Assembly (NCBI GenBank): GCA_028534125.1
Contig: CM052817.1
Coordinates: 82,462,001-82,526,000 of the forward strand
DNA length: 64,000 nt
Direction of reading: 5' to 3'
Origin: Lama glama
Taxonomy: Eukaryota
Under the pieces are notes generated by a model. That model did not search any database. It was not told the DNA's origin and was given only the letters and a program-made list of their open reading frames with translations. The translations under genes and the position numbers were made by a program. Of the stretch, positions 1 to 12,119 are shown in pieces (position 1 is the first letter of the stretch; every line of letters begins with the position of its first letter).

Positions 1-3000
1 TAATATCCTGTGGTAGTATATTATCTCTATATTGCACAGGTTATTAAAGGAGGAACATCCTTAAGAAAGAAGATCCATAAATAATTTGATAACTAATTGA
101 ACTAAACAAAATAGTCTTCAGTTTACTACTTTGTATATTTTGCACAATGAAATCAACTTTTATTATCACAAAATTTGGGGAGTTTATTACCAGCACTGCA
201 GATTAAGTCTAGTCTTTCTTGATCTCTTTGAAGATTGTAACAAGCAAATCATTTTGGATCCTCTTAGCAATGATAAAATGTACATTTCAAAAGGTAAAAT
301 CATGACTCTCAGGCAAATATAAAACGAACATCTGTCAAAAATTTTACTTAACTCATTAATTAATCAATCAGTAGAATGTTGAAACCAGGCAAAGAACATT
401 TGAAAAATGAAGTACGAGCAATTAAATAAAGGAACGTCAGGGCAAGGATGTTAAATACAAAACTGGTTAGTGTCCATGCAGGGAAATAAACCATACCCTT
501 TGAGGTTAATTTTTCCACAGGACAGAAACTATTTGTATAACCATCAAAAGAAGAATATGCAAATTGACCTCTGTCCCTAAAGATTTGTAAAATAGCTCAA
601 TCAATAGAAAATCAATCAAAAATGCAAGTCCAGCACATTACTGAAAGAACACTCAGTAATCTCTTTTGCCTATTTTGAAGTTTTAGAAATCTTCTCATCC
701 CAGCAAGCTTTATATATTGAGGCAGTATACTTCTGTACTAGAACCCCAAATAATTTATTTTTTCTACCTTTCACATCACTCACTTGCAGAATCTATTTGA
801 CTTCAGTCTTGCTGTATATCTTTAAGTAAGCCCAATTAGCCAGCTGCCCAACTTCTGTCACGGAATATTAAAAAAAGAAAATTTCTGAGTAGCAGACTTT
901 GCTATATTCATTTGGAGAACAAAACTTTATAAATTTCCTACTATATGGAATAGATTCCATTTAAAGTTTAATTATATTTCTGTTTGAGGTTCAGAAAATG
1001 TAAGGTACCACCATACATCAATGGGTATGTGGGAATTTAAATTTAGCAGTTGACGGTTAAACACATTGAAAAGGAGGAAAATAGGGATTTCCGAGGCAGT
1101 TAATCTAGAGTGTTCCTGGACAACATAATCAGCCTGTTAAACCCCTCAAAAGCAGCGCTTTTGGAAATTTCTTTGCTTTGAGGCTTTGCCTCAGGAGATC
1201 TAATAATTTTCTTGTTTTTGTAAGACAGGGATAGAGCGGCATACAGTTGCTATTATTGTACCAGTTTCCATTTTCTCTTATCCATTGCCGCATAAGTGAC
1301 AATAAGAGAAAAGAAGTTCAACTAACCCAGTTAGGGGAAATGGAAACTGATTTCTAAGTTCAGAGTATAGGTGAGAAGAAAATTCTGAATATGTGAAGTA
1401 ACAGAACTTCATGCTGCATGATAGAATTAAAATTCATCATTAAGAGGTCAGTAAGATTACACATGAGAGCCTCTGTACAGTCTACTTCACATATGATTTG
1501 AAAAGAATATATGACTTAAAAAAAAAAACACAAGCTACCCAGTAAGAACACAGCTATGCATCAGCTCCTCTTCGACTGTGTTACCTTGTCAAACGCACTG
1601 ATGTTGAAGTGCAGTCCTATTGAGAAATTTTGACTGATGCCCTACACAGTGAGGATAATGTCTTCAAAGTAAACTGTACTGCAGCATTTCTTTTGCATCG
1701 TCTTTGACTCATTATGTCTTTAAAAAGTTAACTAAATTTGGCTGTCTAATAAGGATAGTTTTTAGCAAAGAACAAAAATGCCTAGTGGTTGCACCTAGTC
1801 TTAAATTAACATCAACCTCAAAAACTGTGGAATACTTTTCCTAAACAATACTTACCTCCAAGTTTTATTTTAATGTTTCTCATTATTTAATAGTAGAATA
1901 AGCTATTTAGTTTTTTTTCCAGAAGTGTAACCCATATATTGCATTGTTCCTATGGGGAATTAGGCTTTGAATAATGGTTTTGAGTAAAGCTCATATCACC
2001 AGGTATGTACGTCAAGAGTTTTTTTAAATGACTATTATGTTGAGATCTTAAATTTCTAAACGAAATCTTGAATTAAAAGATTGAAAAATCATGAAAAAAT
2101 GTATAAGCTAAAGGGATATAAAATATTTTGACACTTCATTTTCTTTTTCACAAATAGTAATTACTATTATTATTGAGACCAGTATTTCTCATTCATCCAA
2201 AGCATCATTTCTTTACATAGTAAAATCCAAAATAGATTTTCATCCTTCCCATAAACTATTTTGCCAAACTTAATTACAGTGTTTATCAATGAAATCCTTT
2301 CAAATTGCTTACTATAATCGGGATTACTTTTGTCATCTAAACTACATAAGTAAGTTCAGGAATGCCACAGCTGTATTTTCTCGGTGCTCTATGTCCAGGA
2401 CACAGAAGCAGAACCTAGTCCACGGTAGATCCTTTTGGTTGACTGGATGAATGAATAAGTATTTTAAATATGACATTAAAACTGCATCAGTTTAGAATGA
2501 TTTTAAAACATAAAGAATGTATTTCTGTATTATTGTGTTTTTTTCAAAGAATATTGTAAAACTAGCTTATAATGCTGGCTAGAAATTTATTCATGTTTTA
2601 TACAAATTGTGGCAAATATAATTAAGACCAACCATCACCCCAAGAAAATTTCTACTGTATATATTTCATCAATTTTCATACAATTGTTGATCCAGAGTTT
2701 AAAGAAAAAGTCAATATAACATAAAAATCTCTCATTTCTGATACATGGCCCCATAAACTTGGTATTTTTATAGAATTTTGCTCATAAATTTATCTTACCA
2801 TCTGTCTGGGTAAAGCTAACAACTTCCCTTATTTTGGCAATGCTGAATGAATGAATTTCTATAGGAAGCCTTGACATATTTATTTTATGCTCTTTCATGA
2901 GGGTTACAAAGTATGTGCTGAATGATCTAGAAAAAAATGTGCTAGCAGCTAAAAACTTAACTGTTAGAAGCTATGATTTTTTTCTTTAAAATCCCGTGAA

Positions 3001-4341
3001 AATCTCATATTTGATTTTCTTAGTACTCTCCCTAATAATATAAAAAGCAAGATAATTCAGCTGTGAAAACAAGCAAAATTTCTTCTAATACAGAACAGCT
3101 GAGTGCTTTACTGTCTTTACAAAGAATCCACTCTTTTAGCCACAGGTATTTTTTTTTAATCAATTTTCTATTATGGGCACAGTGTGGTTAATTAAGGGTT
3201 CTCCTTTCTTATTGTAGAAAACTTAGAAGAATAAAAAGGCAAAGGGAGCTTCAATTGTTTTAGTTTGTGTTACATTGACCTTGAAAAGAATGAGAAGAGA
3301 ATAATTTAGCCAAAAACAACAAACATCAAGTTACCACAAATTTCAAACTCTCAGGTTCAGAGTGAAAGAGACCCATTAATTCAGGGATGTCAAGGCTGCT
3401 GGTGAAACTGAATACCAAAAAGTCCTGTCCTGTGAGTTGCTCTAGCTAGCTTCCTTCAGGAGATAGTGTTTTAGGGAAATAGCTATGCTTGTTATTTAAG
3501 CCCTTTGGAAAACAATGGAAAAGGGTGGAGGGACTAGAACCATGTTGTCTAAAGTATACACCCACCCGTTCAGAATCCCAGCGAAGTACATAAACTCTGG
3601 CTGCTCAGAGAAAAATAGAAGTAACAGTTTCCTGAGAATTGTTAAGCCAACATGCTATTAAATATACCACCTAACATTGTTCTTTTCCTCTCCTTTTTCA
3701 CTCTTGCAGCTACCACATGTGATGGAAGAAATCCAAGTTAAACACTCTCACCAGAGCATGTTCCAAGACAGATGACTGGGCCTCAGGCTTGGCCAATACA
3801 ATGCACTTCTATTCTCTATTTATTTTTGTAGTTCAAAGACCTGGCAGTAACCGAGTTGATGCCTGCCATAAGGACCACTGCACTCCTGATTACTGCCCAG
3901 TGATTTTTATATCTGTATGCCAGCTACTCAGATAGACCACGTATAAAGAGTAGGGGGATTTTTTGAAAGGAAAAGAAACCCCAGCTTCCACTTACGCTTT
4001 GAAATTTCAGATGATAGACTGCCAACTTACAGACCTTGCTTTAATCAGAGCAGCCACATGAAAAGGCTGTTTCTATTTACCCTAGGTCATTTAGGAAACC
4101 AGTGATAAGTAGGCCGTGCAAAACTTCCACCTCTCTTAAAGTTGGCATGTTCTCCCCGACTAGAGTTGAGTCTTGATTTCATTTTCTGAGTAGAAATATT
4201 TACAACCCTGTCATACATGGAGTTTTAGCCTTCTGTCTACCAACAAATGGGCTTTTTAAAGAATGCTTAGGGTAAATTGGAAGTTGTTTTCCAATGGTGG
4301 GCCCATATAATTTAAATAATGTCTAAACTACTCTACTGGTT

Positions 4342-4824
4342 TGTGGATCAGGCCACCCAAGGTGGCTGTTCTCTTGCTCTCTGTATCTCCCCTACAAGAC
4401 CGTTCCTGCTTCACCTGCACCCAACTCACGTGACTTACCTTCCTACATACGTGCCCTGCCCCAGGTGGTGATCATTGAACCTTTAGTTCAGAACATCTCC
4501 AGCGTGATAGTTTATCAGAGGGGCATGCTCGTCAGCTGATTTCACTGGTGACTGATGAGCCAACCTGACGTCAATTCCGCATATAACTGGCGAAGACCCC
4601 CCCCCCAAACCCCCGCCCCGAGCAACAGCGGCTACCGCGTCCTTCCGGCTGATTTGCGCCTGCGCCGCCCGCAGTGCGGCGTCTCTCCAGGACCTTGCTG
4701 CGGCCGTGTTAAGTGTCTCCATCTATTAAGCTATTGATGTCCCTGTCGCGGACTCCAGCCTCGCTCTTCGACCTTGAGGAAAGGCAGGTACAGGGCTGGT
4801 AGGCCTGCAGGCTGCAGCTCAACA
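4342..4824 (+). mobile_element. Endogenous retrovirus 5' LTR
   Basis: Starts TG (5' boundary approximate) and ends CA, 2 nt before a PBS. TATA-like atataac at 4581; degenerate poly(A) signal near 4725. Confidence 0.7.
4420..4800. promoter_or_regulatory. CpG-rich putative promoter inside the LTR
   Basis: About 25 CpGs. E-box TCACGTGA 4426, CRE TGACGTCA 4566, MYB-like TAACTGGC 4584, GC box 4611, ETS CTTCCGG 4642, NRF1 TGCGCCTGCGC 4655. Splice donors on both strands (4438 minus, 4788 plus). Confidence 0.6.
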
Positions 4825-4826
4825 AT

Positions 4827-4845
4827 TGGCAGAGCCAGTCAGGAG
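4827..4845 (+). other. Retroviral primer-binding site, tRNA-Arg(ACG) type
   Basis: tggcagagccagtcaggag versus TGGCGAGCCAGCCAGGAG, the complement of the tRNA-Arg 3' end; one insertion and one mismatch. Confidence 0.7.
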
Positions 4846-6870
4846 ACTAAGGAGACTCGCGCGTACTGGGAAATAAGGGATGGGGAGTGGAAAGTTGGAG
4901 GGGTCGTCAGCTAACAGATGGGGCCTGAAAGTTGTGAGAATAACCCTGGAAATTGTGGGAATGTCCACTAGCATATGGGACCTCATGGTGGCTGTCCTTG
5001 ATGAATGGGGGCCCCAAGAGAGTAAGGAGAACTCACAAATACCCAAGGCTGTTGTGCAGATACTGGTCGCTGTTACAGTGAGAAAAAAAGGAGTTAGCAC
5101 AAGGTGTTGGCGTCGGCTTTGGGCTGGCTCTTGCTTTTTGTAGTAAGAAAGGCCACAGGACCTAAGCTAACAGTTGAAGCAAAGGTTAACTTGAATGTTG
5201 ATAGCTGTTCATTCCTCACTCTGAAAGTGAGGCATTTGAATGTGAGTGAATGCTATGTATTATTGTCTATTACTGTTAATGGTTTAAATTGAATTGCTAT
5301 TTTGAAACTGAAAAAAATCCTGAAAATGGCCAATACGGGAATCTTTTGACATTCTAAAACTGGTTTTTGCATACTATACCATTGAAGGAAGTTAGTTTTC
5401 TAGGAGGGATTGGTGTTTCTCTTCCTGGGCCTTTGGGATGTAAATGATCTACCTGAGAGTGAAGGGAAAAAGCTTTTCTAAACTCTAGCAGGAAAACTGA
5501 GATCTGTGTCTGTATAGGTACATGTATGTCTATGTGTACCTTATAAATAGAATGTCTCTGCCCCTAAATGGCGTGGCCAAGATTGGTTTGTGGATGAGTT
5601 CTGTTTAATTGGCTTAAAAGAAATCAAGTGCCTTATATAAATTCTCAGGAATATAAAAGAAACTGCCAGAATGAAATTCAGTTTCATGTGGTCCTGGAAA
5701 TACTCAGTACTGAGTGGATATCTGGTATTGAAACTACTTATGCTTGTTGGTTTGATTAATAAGACATGTCTTTAGAGTTATCAACATGATGTATAATTCT
5801 GTTGTACCTAGGTTTGCTAGAGTTCAAATGAGACCTTATTATATCTGTTGCAGATTTGCCAGCAAGGGAAATAACTTGATATGATGAAACTTTAAGCAAA
5901 TGTAAATGAGAAAAGAGCTTTTAGGTCAACTCTATAGGAATAATTATGTTTGGGGAATGTCTATCTAAAATGGTCTCTGCAGGTTTTGGTAACTTGGAAC
6001 TAACCTAAGTTAAATGAAGAGAATTCATTGACTATCTGCGTCATTTCAAATAGAATAAAATACTGGAACATTAACTGCTGAATGGGTCTAAGTTTACCTG
6101 TCTTTGCCTTCTTAGGAGAGGAGGATGAAAGCATAAGTTTTCCAATCAGGAAATGCTTGTGTGACAAACGGTTCACAATTACTTGCTCCTTGGTTTTTGC
6201 CAGGCATTAAAGTTTCTAAGGGTTAAGACTATAATCAATCATAAATCTAGTTATTGTAACCAGGTTTCTTCATTGATTACACTGTGATTGAATGTTTAAC
6301 CGTGCCCTTTTAAGGCTTTTGTCAAACAGACAGTCGTTGTGGTAGTCTGATGCTTTTGCAAAAGTGCTTTATCTTAAGGAAGATTCATAGGAAGGACCTT
6401 TTGACAAGTACAGGTCTCTGATAAATTTCTGATCATACTGCTGAAATGGATAAGAAATTAAAAAATCCTAAAGGAAAACCTGATGGCTTCATAAAAAGTT
6501 AACAAAAGGATTGGTTACTGAGTGAACTGGTGAATACGGTTATAACCTGTATGGTTTTTGTCTGGAATATTACTGGTTTTGATCTGTGTTTTCCAGACAT
6601 AGGGAAGCCCTTCCACTCAAGTTAGTTATAACTTACAGCAGTTTGGTAAACTACAGCTGTGGATAGAATTGAAACATCTTTCTTTTCTCTCTGCTTGGTC
6701 CCTCCAGAAATTGGGAGATTCTAAGGTTCTGAGCAGCCTTATTAGGTGAATGGGAACGACTATCTCCTGACATGTGCAGGAGTCTCAATATCTGGGGACT
6801 CTCTAGAAGAGAGAAATCCACCAAGGCAGAGCCTGGTGGCAGCAGGCCTTTGGCATGGGTTTCTTTAATG
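4846..6870 (+). mobile_element. Decayed ERV (class I-like) internal sequence, no coding capacity, no 3' LTR seen
   Basis: Follows the LTR and PBS; resembles non-autonomous ERV1 internal regions; end approximate. Confidence 0.55.
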
Positions 6871-8603
6871 GTAAACTACTTATGACATTAGGTATCAATA
6901 CATGGGCACGAGGATATACCTCCAGGTCATGAAGCCACCCTGACTCACAGTTTAAGTTGGAGTGCTGTTGCAGAAGCATTCTAGTAAGTCTGTGATGGCC
7001 TGACTGTTGGAACTTGTACTGAATTTTCTCTGAGAAGTTGTACCAGAATAGTGATTAGATTTCTTATTCACCGGTGCCTATTAAATGTATAATTTAAACT
7101 AAGTGAAAAAAAATAGTACTTAAATTGTTATTTCATATGGTGCTTGGTTCATGGTTAGTACACAAAAAATCTATTCTGAATGACTAAATAATAAATACAT
7201 ATACAGCAGTGCTTCTATGGAAACTTGCCTAAAATTCAGATTCAGGTCAGAACTACCGTTCAACACTAGTGTCCTTTACATATCATTTTTACTCCACCCC
7301 CAAGCCAAGCAGCTGGATCAATATTCTACCCACTTCCAAGCACTAGGGGAAAGAAGATAAGATATAGGGGTTTCTAGATCCTCTGTTCCTACAGAGACCT
7401 ATAGATACTAATATAGAGCAATCTGACGGAGAGTTACCTTGATGATGGTGTCTTGGGAGAAAGGGGTGAACTAGGTAGAGTTCAGGAGGAGGAGTGGGAC
7501 AGTGGCTCTACAGTGACCGCATATAGTTTACTCTGGGGGTGTTTATGGGAAGGCAGTTCCTCTGGTGGCAGCATTTTGCAATTCAGTCTCCGAGATGCCT
7601 ATGGAACATGGGTGCTCTTGTGGGGCGGTGGGGAAAAATGGTCATTTTACTGACCATTGTTGTGCATACTCTTAAAGTGGCCTAAAATCACCCTCTTTTC
7701 AAACTGGATGCAGATGAATATTCACATAGAACAAGTCTTTGGGGGTAGATAAAACTGCAGGTAGAAATCACACCTGGCAGGGATAACATATTATTTAAAA
7801 CAAATAGCAACAGAACATGGCATCAGAGAAGGACTAACAAGGGATTTCCCCAGCACCTACTGGAAGTCCAGGACTACATGATTTTACAACTAGGTAGTTG
7901 GGCAAAGTGACACGAAACGACAGGGTTCTTCCATGAGGAGCTGCTGAGTAGCAGAAATTGGCCACAGGGGCAGACAAAACTGGTTCTTGAGCTGTAAAAG
8001 TGACTGAAATTTTACGGAGGAACAGAGAGCTCCTCCCTCATACTGGGGAAGATACGAGGACTAGGTTTGAGGAATATGACACAAGTCCCTTAAGCAGAAC
8101 AGATGTAAAATTAAGAGTCAGACAGGTTTTGTTCTAGAGAATTTGATGGAGTTCTTATATTTACTTAATATATAAGGTCAAGGTGCCTCCCAGAAACCAG
8201 GGAGACTAAACTTGTTCTTAGAAACAAACTGTTTTAACTTTGGGAAAATAGGGCTGCTCAAGCCAGCAAGCTCTGCAGTCGAGGCCCGTGGCAGCCAGTC
8301 TCTACAGCAGGTCTTTGTATTTTCATTTTCTTCCTAGTTCATCCCACGTTTTAATTTTAATAAGTCCTTGTGCTTCAAACCGCTTAAAGTTAAATCAGTC
8401 TATAGGCTGACTATCTTAGGCTCCATTCCAGTGTAAATCAGAGATGTTGACTTCCCTATCTCTGCGTCTTCTGTCCTTTTCTCTTAATCTGTCCCCTTAT
8501 GTCTCTAATTTTTTTTTTTAGGCTTTCAAATTGCATTTATTTGTTTTTGCCCACACCTGATGTAGCACTTTGTGCCACTAGGCAAAATGTTTTCTGAATA
8601 CAG

Positions 8604-8846
8604 TTTCATATGTGTAGTCTCTAAAGAGTCATTAGTTTAATTCCAAGTGACACCCTGAATAAACCATGCAAATCACTAAGGTCTGTTTAGAACTGGCAGT
8701 AAATAGCACTTATGAAAAAACCCAGAGTGACTGCATACAGAATTCTTTAATAAAATGTGGTGGCCACACACATGACATAGAATTTATCAGAGTAGAATTA
8801 TCCATAAGGCTACATAAATGACTGCATTGAGCGTTTCCCCAGTTAA
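8604..8846 (+). pseudogene. Exon remnant: GPS motif region of the GAIN domain
   Basis: Acceptor tacag|8604. Reads SL*RVISLIPSDTLNKPCKS, then after a 1-nt frameshift VCLELAVNSTYEKTQSDCIQN...HTHDIEFIRVELSI. Fits C..W..C...T.C.C spacing if AGT derives from TGT and TGC from TGG. 3' end uncertain. Confidence 0.55.
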
Positions 8847-9364
8847 GTAAATTTTTCATGATTAATAATGTGGAAGAGGAAATCTACACTCAGGAATAGA
8901 CATCGACTATGTCCTGGATAATTTGAAAATTCAAATAACTGCATCTCAGGATTTATATTTGCTTTGAACAGGAGTTGTAAGGAAAACTAAATGATCAATA
9001 ATTTAGTCTCTTTATCCCCTAGATTCTAGATGCTTGTACATGCCTCTTTTAGAATCTTTCAAGCATTAAATTGTGGATGAAAAGGATTTTTGAATATGTC
9101 TGGCATGTAAAGATTTACTGACAGCTAATGATACAAGAAAAAGTCAATTAAAAAAAAATAAGTAGCCCAAGGAATTAAAAAGTCATCCTGATCGCTTACA
9201 GTAGACTGTTAATTTGCTAGAAAATTGTCAAACATATTTCAGTTTTCAATAAAACAGAAGTCTCCTATTTTGAATAAGGCACCAATAAATGGATTCAGTG
9301 TAATCTTAGAATAATCTAACAGGCAAAGAAACAGGTGGAGGCTTCATTCTACTTTCTGTAACTA

Positions 9365-10020
9365 TGTCATGTATCTTAGGACCAAAATACACAATGTATT
9401 ATTGTACACAGAGTACAAAGTATTACCAAATTTTAAACCAAATCTAATCAAGCCTCTAAATCTAATTATCAGTTTATAGGAAATACAAGAAACAGAATAC
9501 AAGTCAAATGATACCGAAGGGAAGCAATTAGCAAACTTTATTCTCCGAGAGATTACACAGAACAAATAGCGTGGTCTCTTCAGAAAATAAACTTCAAGGA
9601 AAAAAATATAAATTTAGAAAAAGGCTGGAAATAAGAGAAATTTTATTTAATCCAACTATAATATATGGATTTTATTTGTATCTTAATTCTAACAAACATT
9701 CTGTAAAAGAAATTTTGAAACCATCAGGAAATTTGAGCACTAATTGGATATTGCATAATACTAAGAATTATCCTTAATGTGTTTAGATAATAGACATATG
9801 ATTCCACTTCAAGATGAATGATTATTTACATACTGAAGTATTACAGATGAAATAATATGATTCTTGATAATTTAAAAAAATAACTCAGAATTGGCAGGAA
9901 TTGGCAAGAGCTGTAGACAAATCAAGATTGGTCATGAGTTGATAAGACAGAAAGCACTTTTTTTGTTATAATAGTCTCTACATATTTATGTAGTTAAATT
10001 TTCCATAATGAGAAACTTAA
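9365..10020 (+). mobile_element. Old L1 (L1MC/ME-like) 3' UTR fragment
   Basis: Contains aatctaatcaagcctctaaatctaa..cagtttataggaaata and related L1M 3'-end motifs. Confidence 0.6.
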
Positions 10021-10153
10021 AAATAGTCTTGAACTTCACTAAACATTTGCTGCTCAATATAGAAATTAATCATTTTCCAAACTGAGATATATATATTTTA
10101 AATATACATAGCTACTCTGCTGAATCACTTATTAAATGTAATAATTTATATAG

Positions 10154-10539
10154 GCATTCATTTTGGGTTTCCTCTATATAAAACATGTCATCATCTCTCT
10201 TTTCTTAACTGTTCTCTAACAGAGTGATGCTAGTGAGTAAGATGAATGTCAAGTTCTTGCTTAGGACTTTAACAACCAGGGAAGGTTAAATATAGTAGGG
10301 TTCCTATTGTTAAAATCAAGGGAATTTTTTAATAGCCATATATGCCCCCCAGATTTGTCCTATTTAGGACAGTTTAATACAACAAATTAGGTTATACTTA
10401 TTCATAAATGTGTTGAGGAATTTTCCTGTTAATATAATGGCCCTTTAAAATATTTTATAGGAATAAAATAATAAGCTATATATACCTATCCCTGGGAGAG
10501 GCCTTGTCAATCACACCTGTATAATTCTTGGTTTGGGCT
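10154..10539 (+). pseudogene. Exon remnant(s): TM1 and N-terminal half of PLAT/LH2 domain
   Basis: Hydrophobic AFILGFLYIKHVIISLFLTVL, then (with frameshifts) FLIAIY at 10326. TTN*VILIHKCVEEFS at 10379 resembles TTAKVVITLYGSEGRS. SLGEALSIT..YNSWF at 10489-10534 resembles LGELRSLRLWHDNS..SWY. gtaaat at 10540. Confidence 0.6.
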
Positions 10540-10629
10540 GTAAATAAATAATTAACTATAAAATGTTTTATACATATGTGTGTGTATATTCACACATATG
10601 AAACAAAATAAATACAAATGATATAATGC

Positions 10630-11510
10630 TTATTAACATTACTAATTATCGGGGGCATGCAAGCCAGAACCACATTGAAAAATCATCTCACACCTGTTAG
10701 AATGGCTGTCGTCAAAAAGGCAACAAATAATAAATGTTGATGAGAATATGGAGAAAAGGGAAGCCTAGTTGTTCACTATTAATGGGAATGTAAATTGCTG
10801 TAGCCACTATGGAAAATAGAAAAAAGTATGAACATTCCTCAGAAAATTTAAAGTAGAACAATATGATCCAGCAATTCCACTCCTGAGTATATATCTAAAA
10901 AATAACACTAATTAAAAAAATATGAACCCCTATGTTCACTGCAGCATTATTTACAATAGTCAAGATACAGAATCAACCTAGATGTCCCTCAATAGATGAA
11001 TGCATAAAGAATATGTAATAAAGATTCCATTGTATATCCATATGCATATATGGTGGAATATTTGTATATATGTATATACAATGTATGTATACACAATGGA
11101 ATATTACTCATCCATAAAAAAGAAAATTGCCATTTGTAACTGTGGATGGACCTGGAGGGTATTATGCTTAGTGAAGTATATCAGACAGAGAAAGACAAAT
11201 ACTGTATGTTTTCACTTGTATGTAGAATCTAAAAAATAAAGGAATGTATGTAGCAAAACAGAAACAGACTTTTAGATATAGAGAACAAACTAGTAGGTAC
11301 CAGGAGGGAGAGGAGTTGGGGGAGGGTCAAGATAGGGGAAGAAGAGTAACAGGTACAAACTACTATGTGTAAGATAAACTACAAAGATATATTATACAGC
11401 ACAGGGAATATAATTGATATAACTTAAAAAGGAGTATAATCTATAAGATCGGATCACTATGCTGTACACCTTTAACTTATAAATCAACTATATTTCAATT
11501 TAAGAATAAT
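10630..11510 (+). mobile_element. L1 3' fragment (ORF2 end and 3' UTR)
   Basis: catctcacacctgttagaatggct, gatccagcaattccactcctg, tatattatacagcacagggaatata, ctatgctgtacacc. Confidence 0.9.
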
Positions 11511-11514
11511 AGTC

Positions 11515-11670
11515 TTTATAGTGAATGAGACAACCAACCATAGAAAGTGTACCTTGGTAAGATACATACATATCAATAGACCAAGAAAGTCCAGTTATTT
11601 GGGTGAAAAAATTAGACCTACAGAAATAGATTCAGATCATGCAAGTCTCTTGGAAATTCCTCTGAGATTT
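11515..11670 (+). pseudogene. Exon remnant: C-terminal half of PLAT domain
   Basis: IVNETTNHRK[1-nt frameshift]YL has the same spacing as LVYDLVMDRKWYF. Directly follows an L1 3' end. Boundaries uncertain. Confidence 0.4.
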
Positions 11671-11764
11671 AGTTTGGTAGTCGGCACTTATCTCAAACTT
11701 TTTTCCTTATATATCTTGGAATAAAATAAAAAGAAACAGCCTTTTGTACCATGAGAAAGACTGT

Positions 11765-11990
11765 ACAGTGAACTACTGATGAAGGGAGAGGCTCTGGAGA
11801 CAGATACCTGGGTCTTTTCTTATTAATGAGTGAAAACAAGCTGCTTAACACCCCAGGACCTCAGTTCCTCAAGTGTAAAATTAACACCATAATAGTTCAT
11901 CAACTCAAAGGATTGAATAAATGTGTTATCATATTATAATAAAGTCCTTTAGATAGTGCAATGTACAATAGGTCATCAGCATTTTTTTAC
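11765..11990 (+). mobile_element. MIR SINE
   Basis: ctgcttaac..cctcagttcctcaagtgtaaaat core. Confidence 0.6.
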
Positions 11991-12119
11991 AGTTAATATT
12001 AATAAATATAAGTTATTTTAGACACAAAAAGTTAATGCCTAGTGGGCTTTAGCTTTAGTTCTTCATCCATTGACTTTTCTAGAGAAGAATGTTAAAACAG
12101 AGGTCATTTCCATTTATAT

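Noticed and set aside
4483..5292. Short ORFs at the CpG-rich region as a host first coding exon or gag
   Set aside because: They lie in LTR and leader sequence with no recognisable protein motif.
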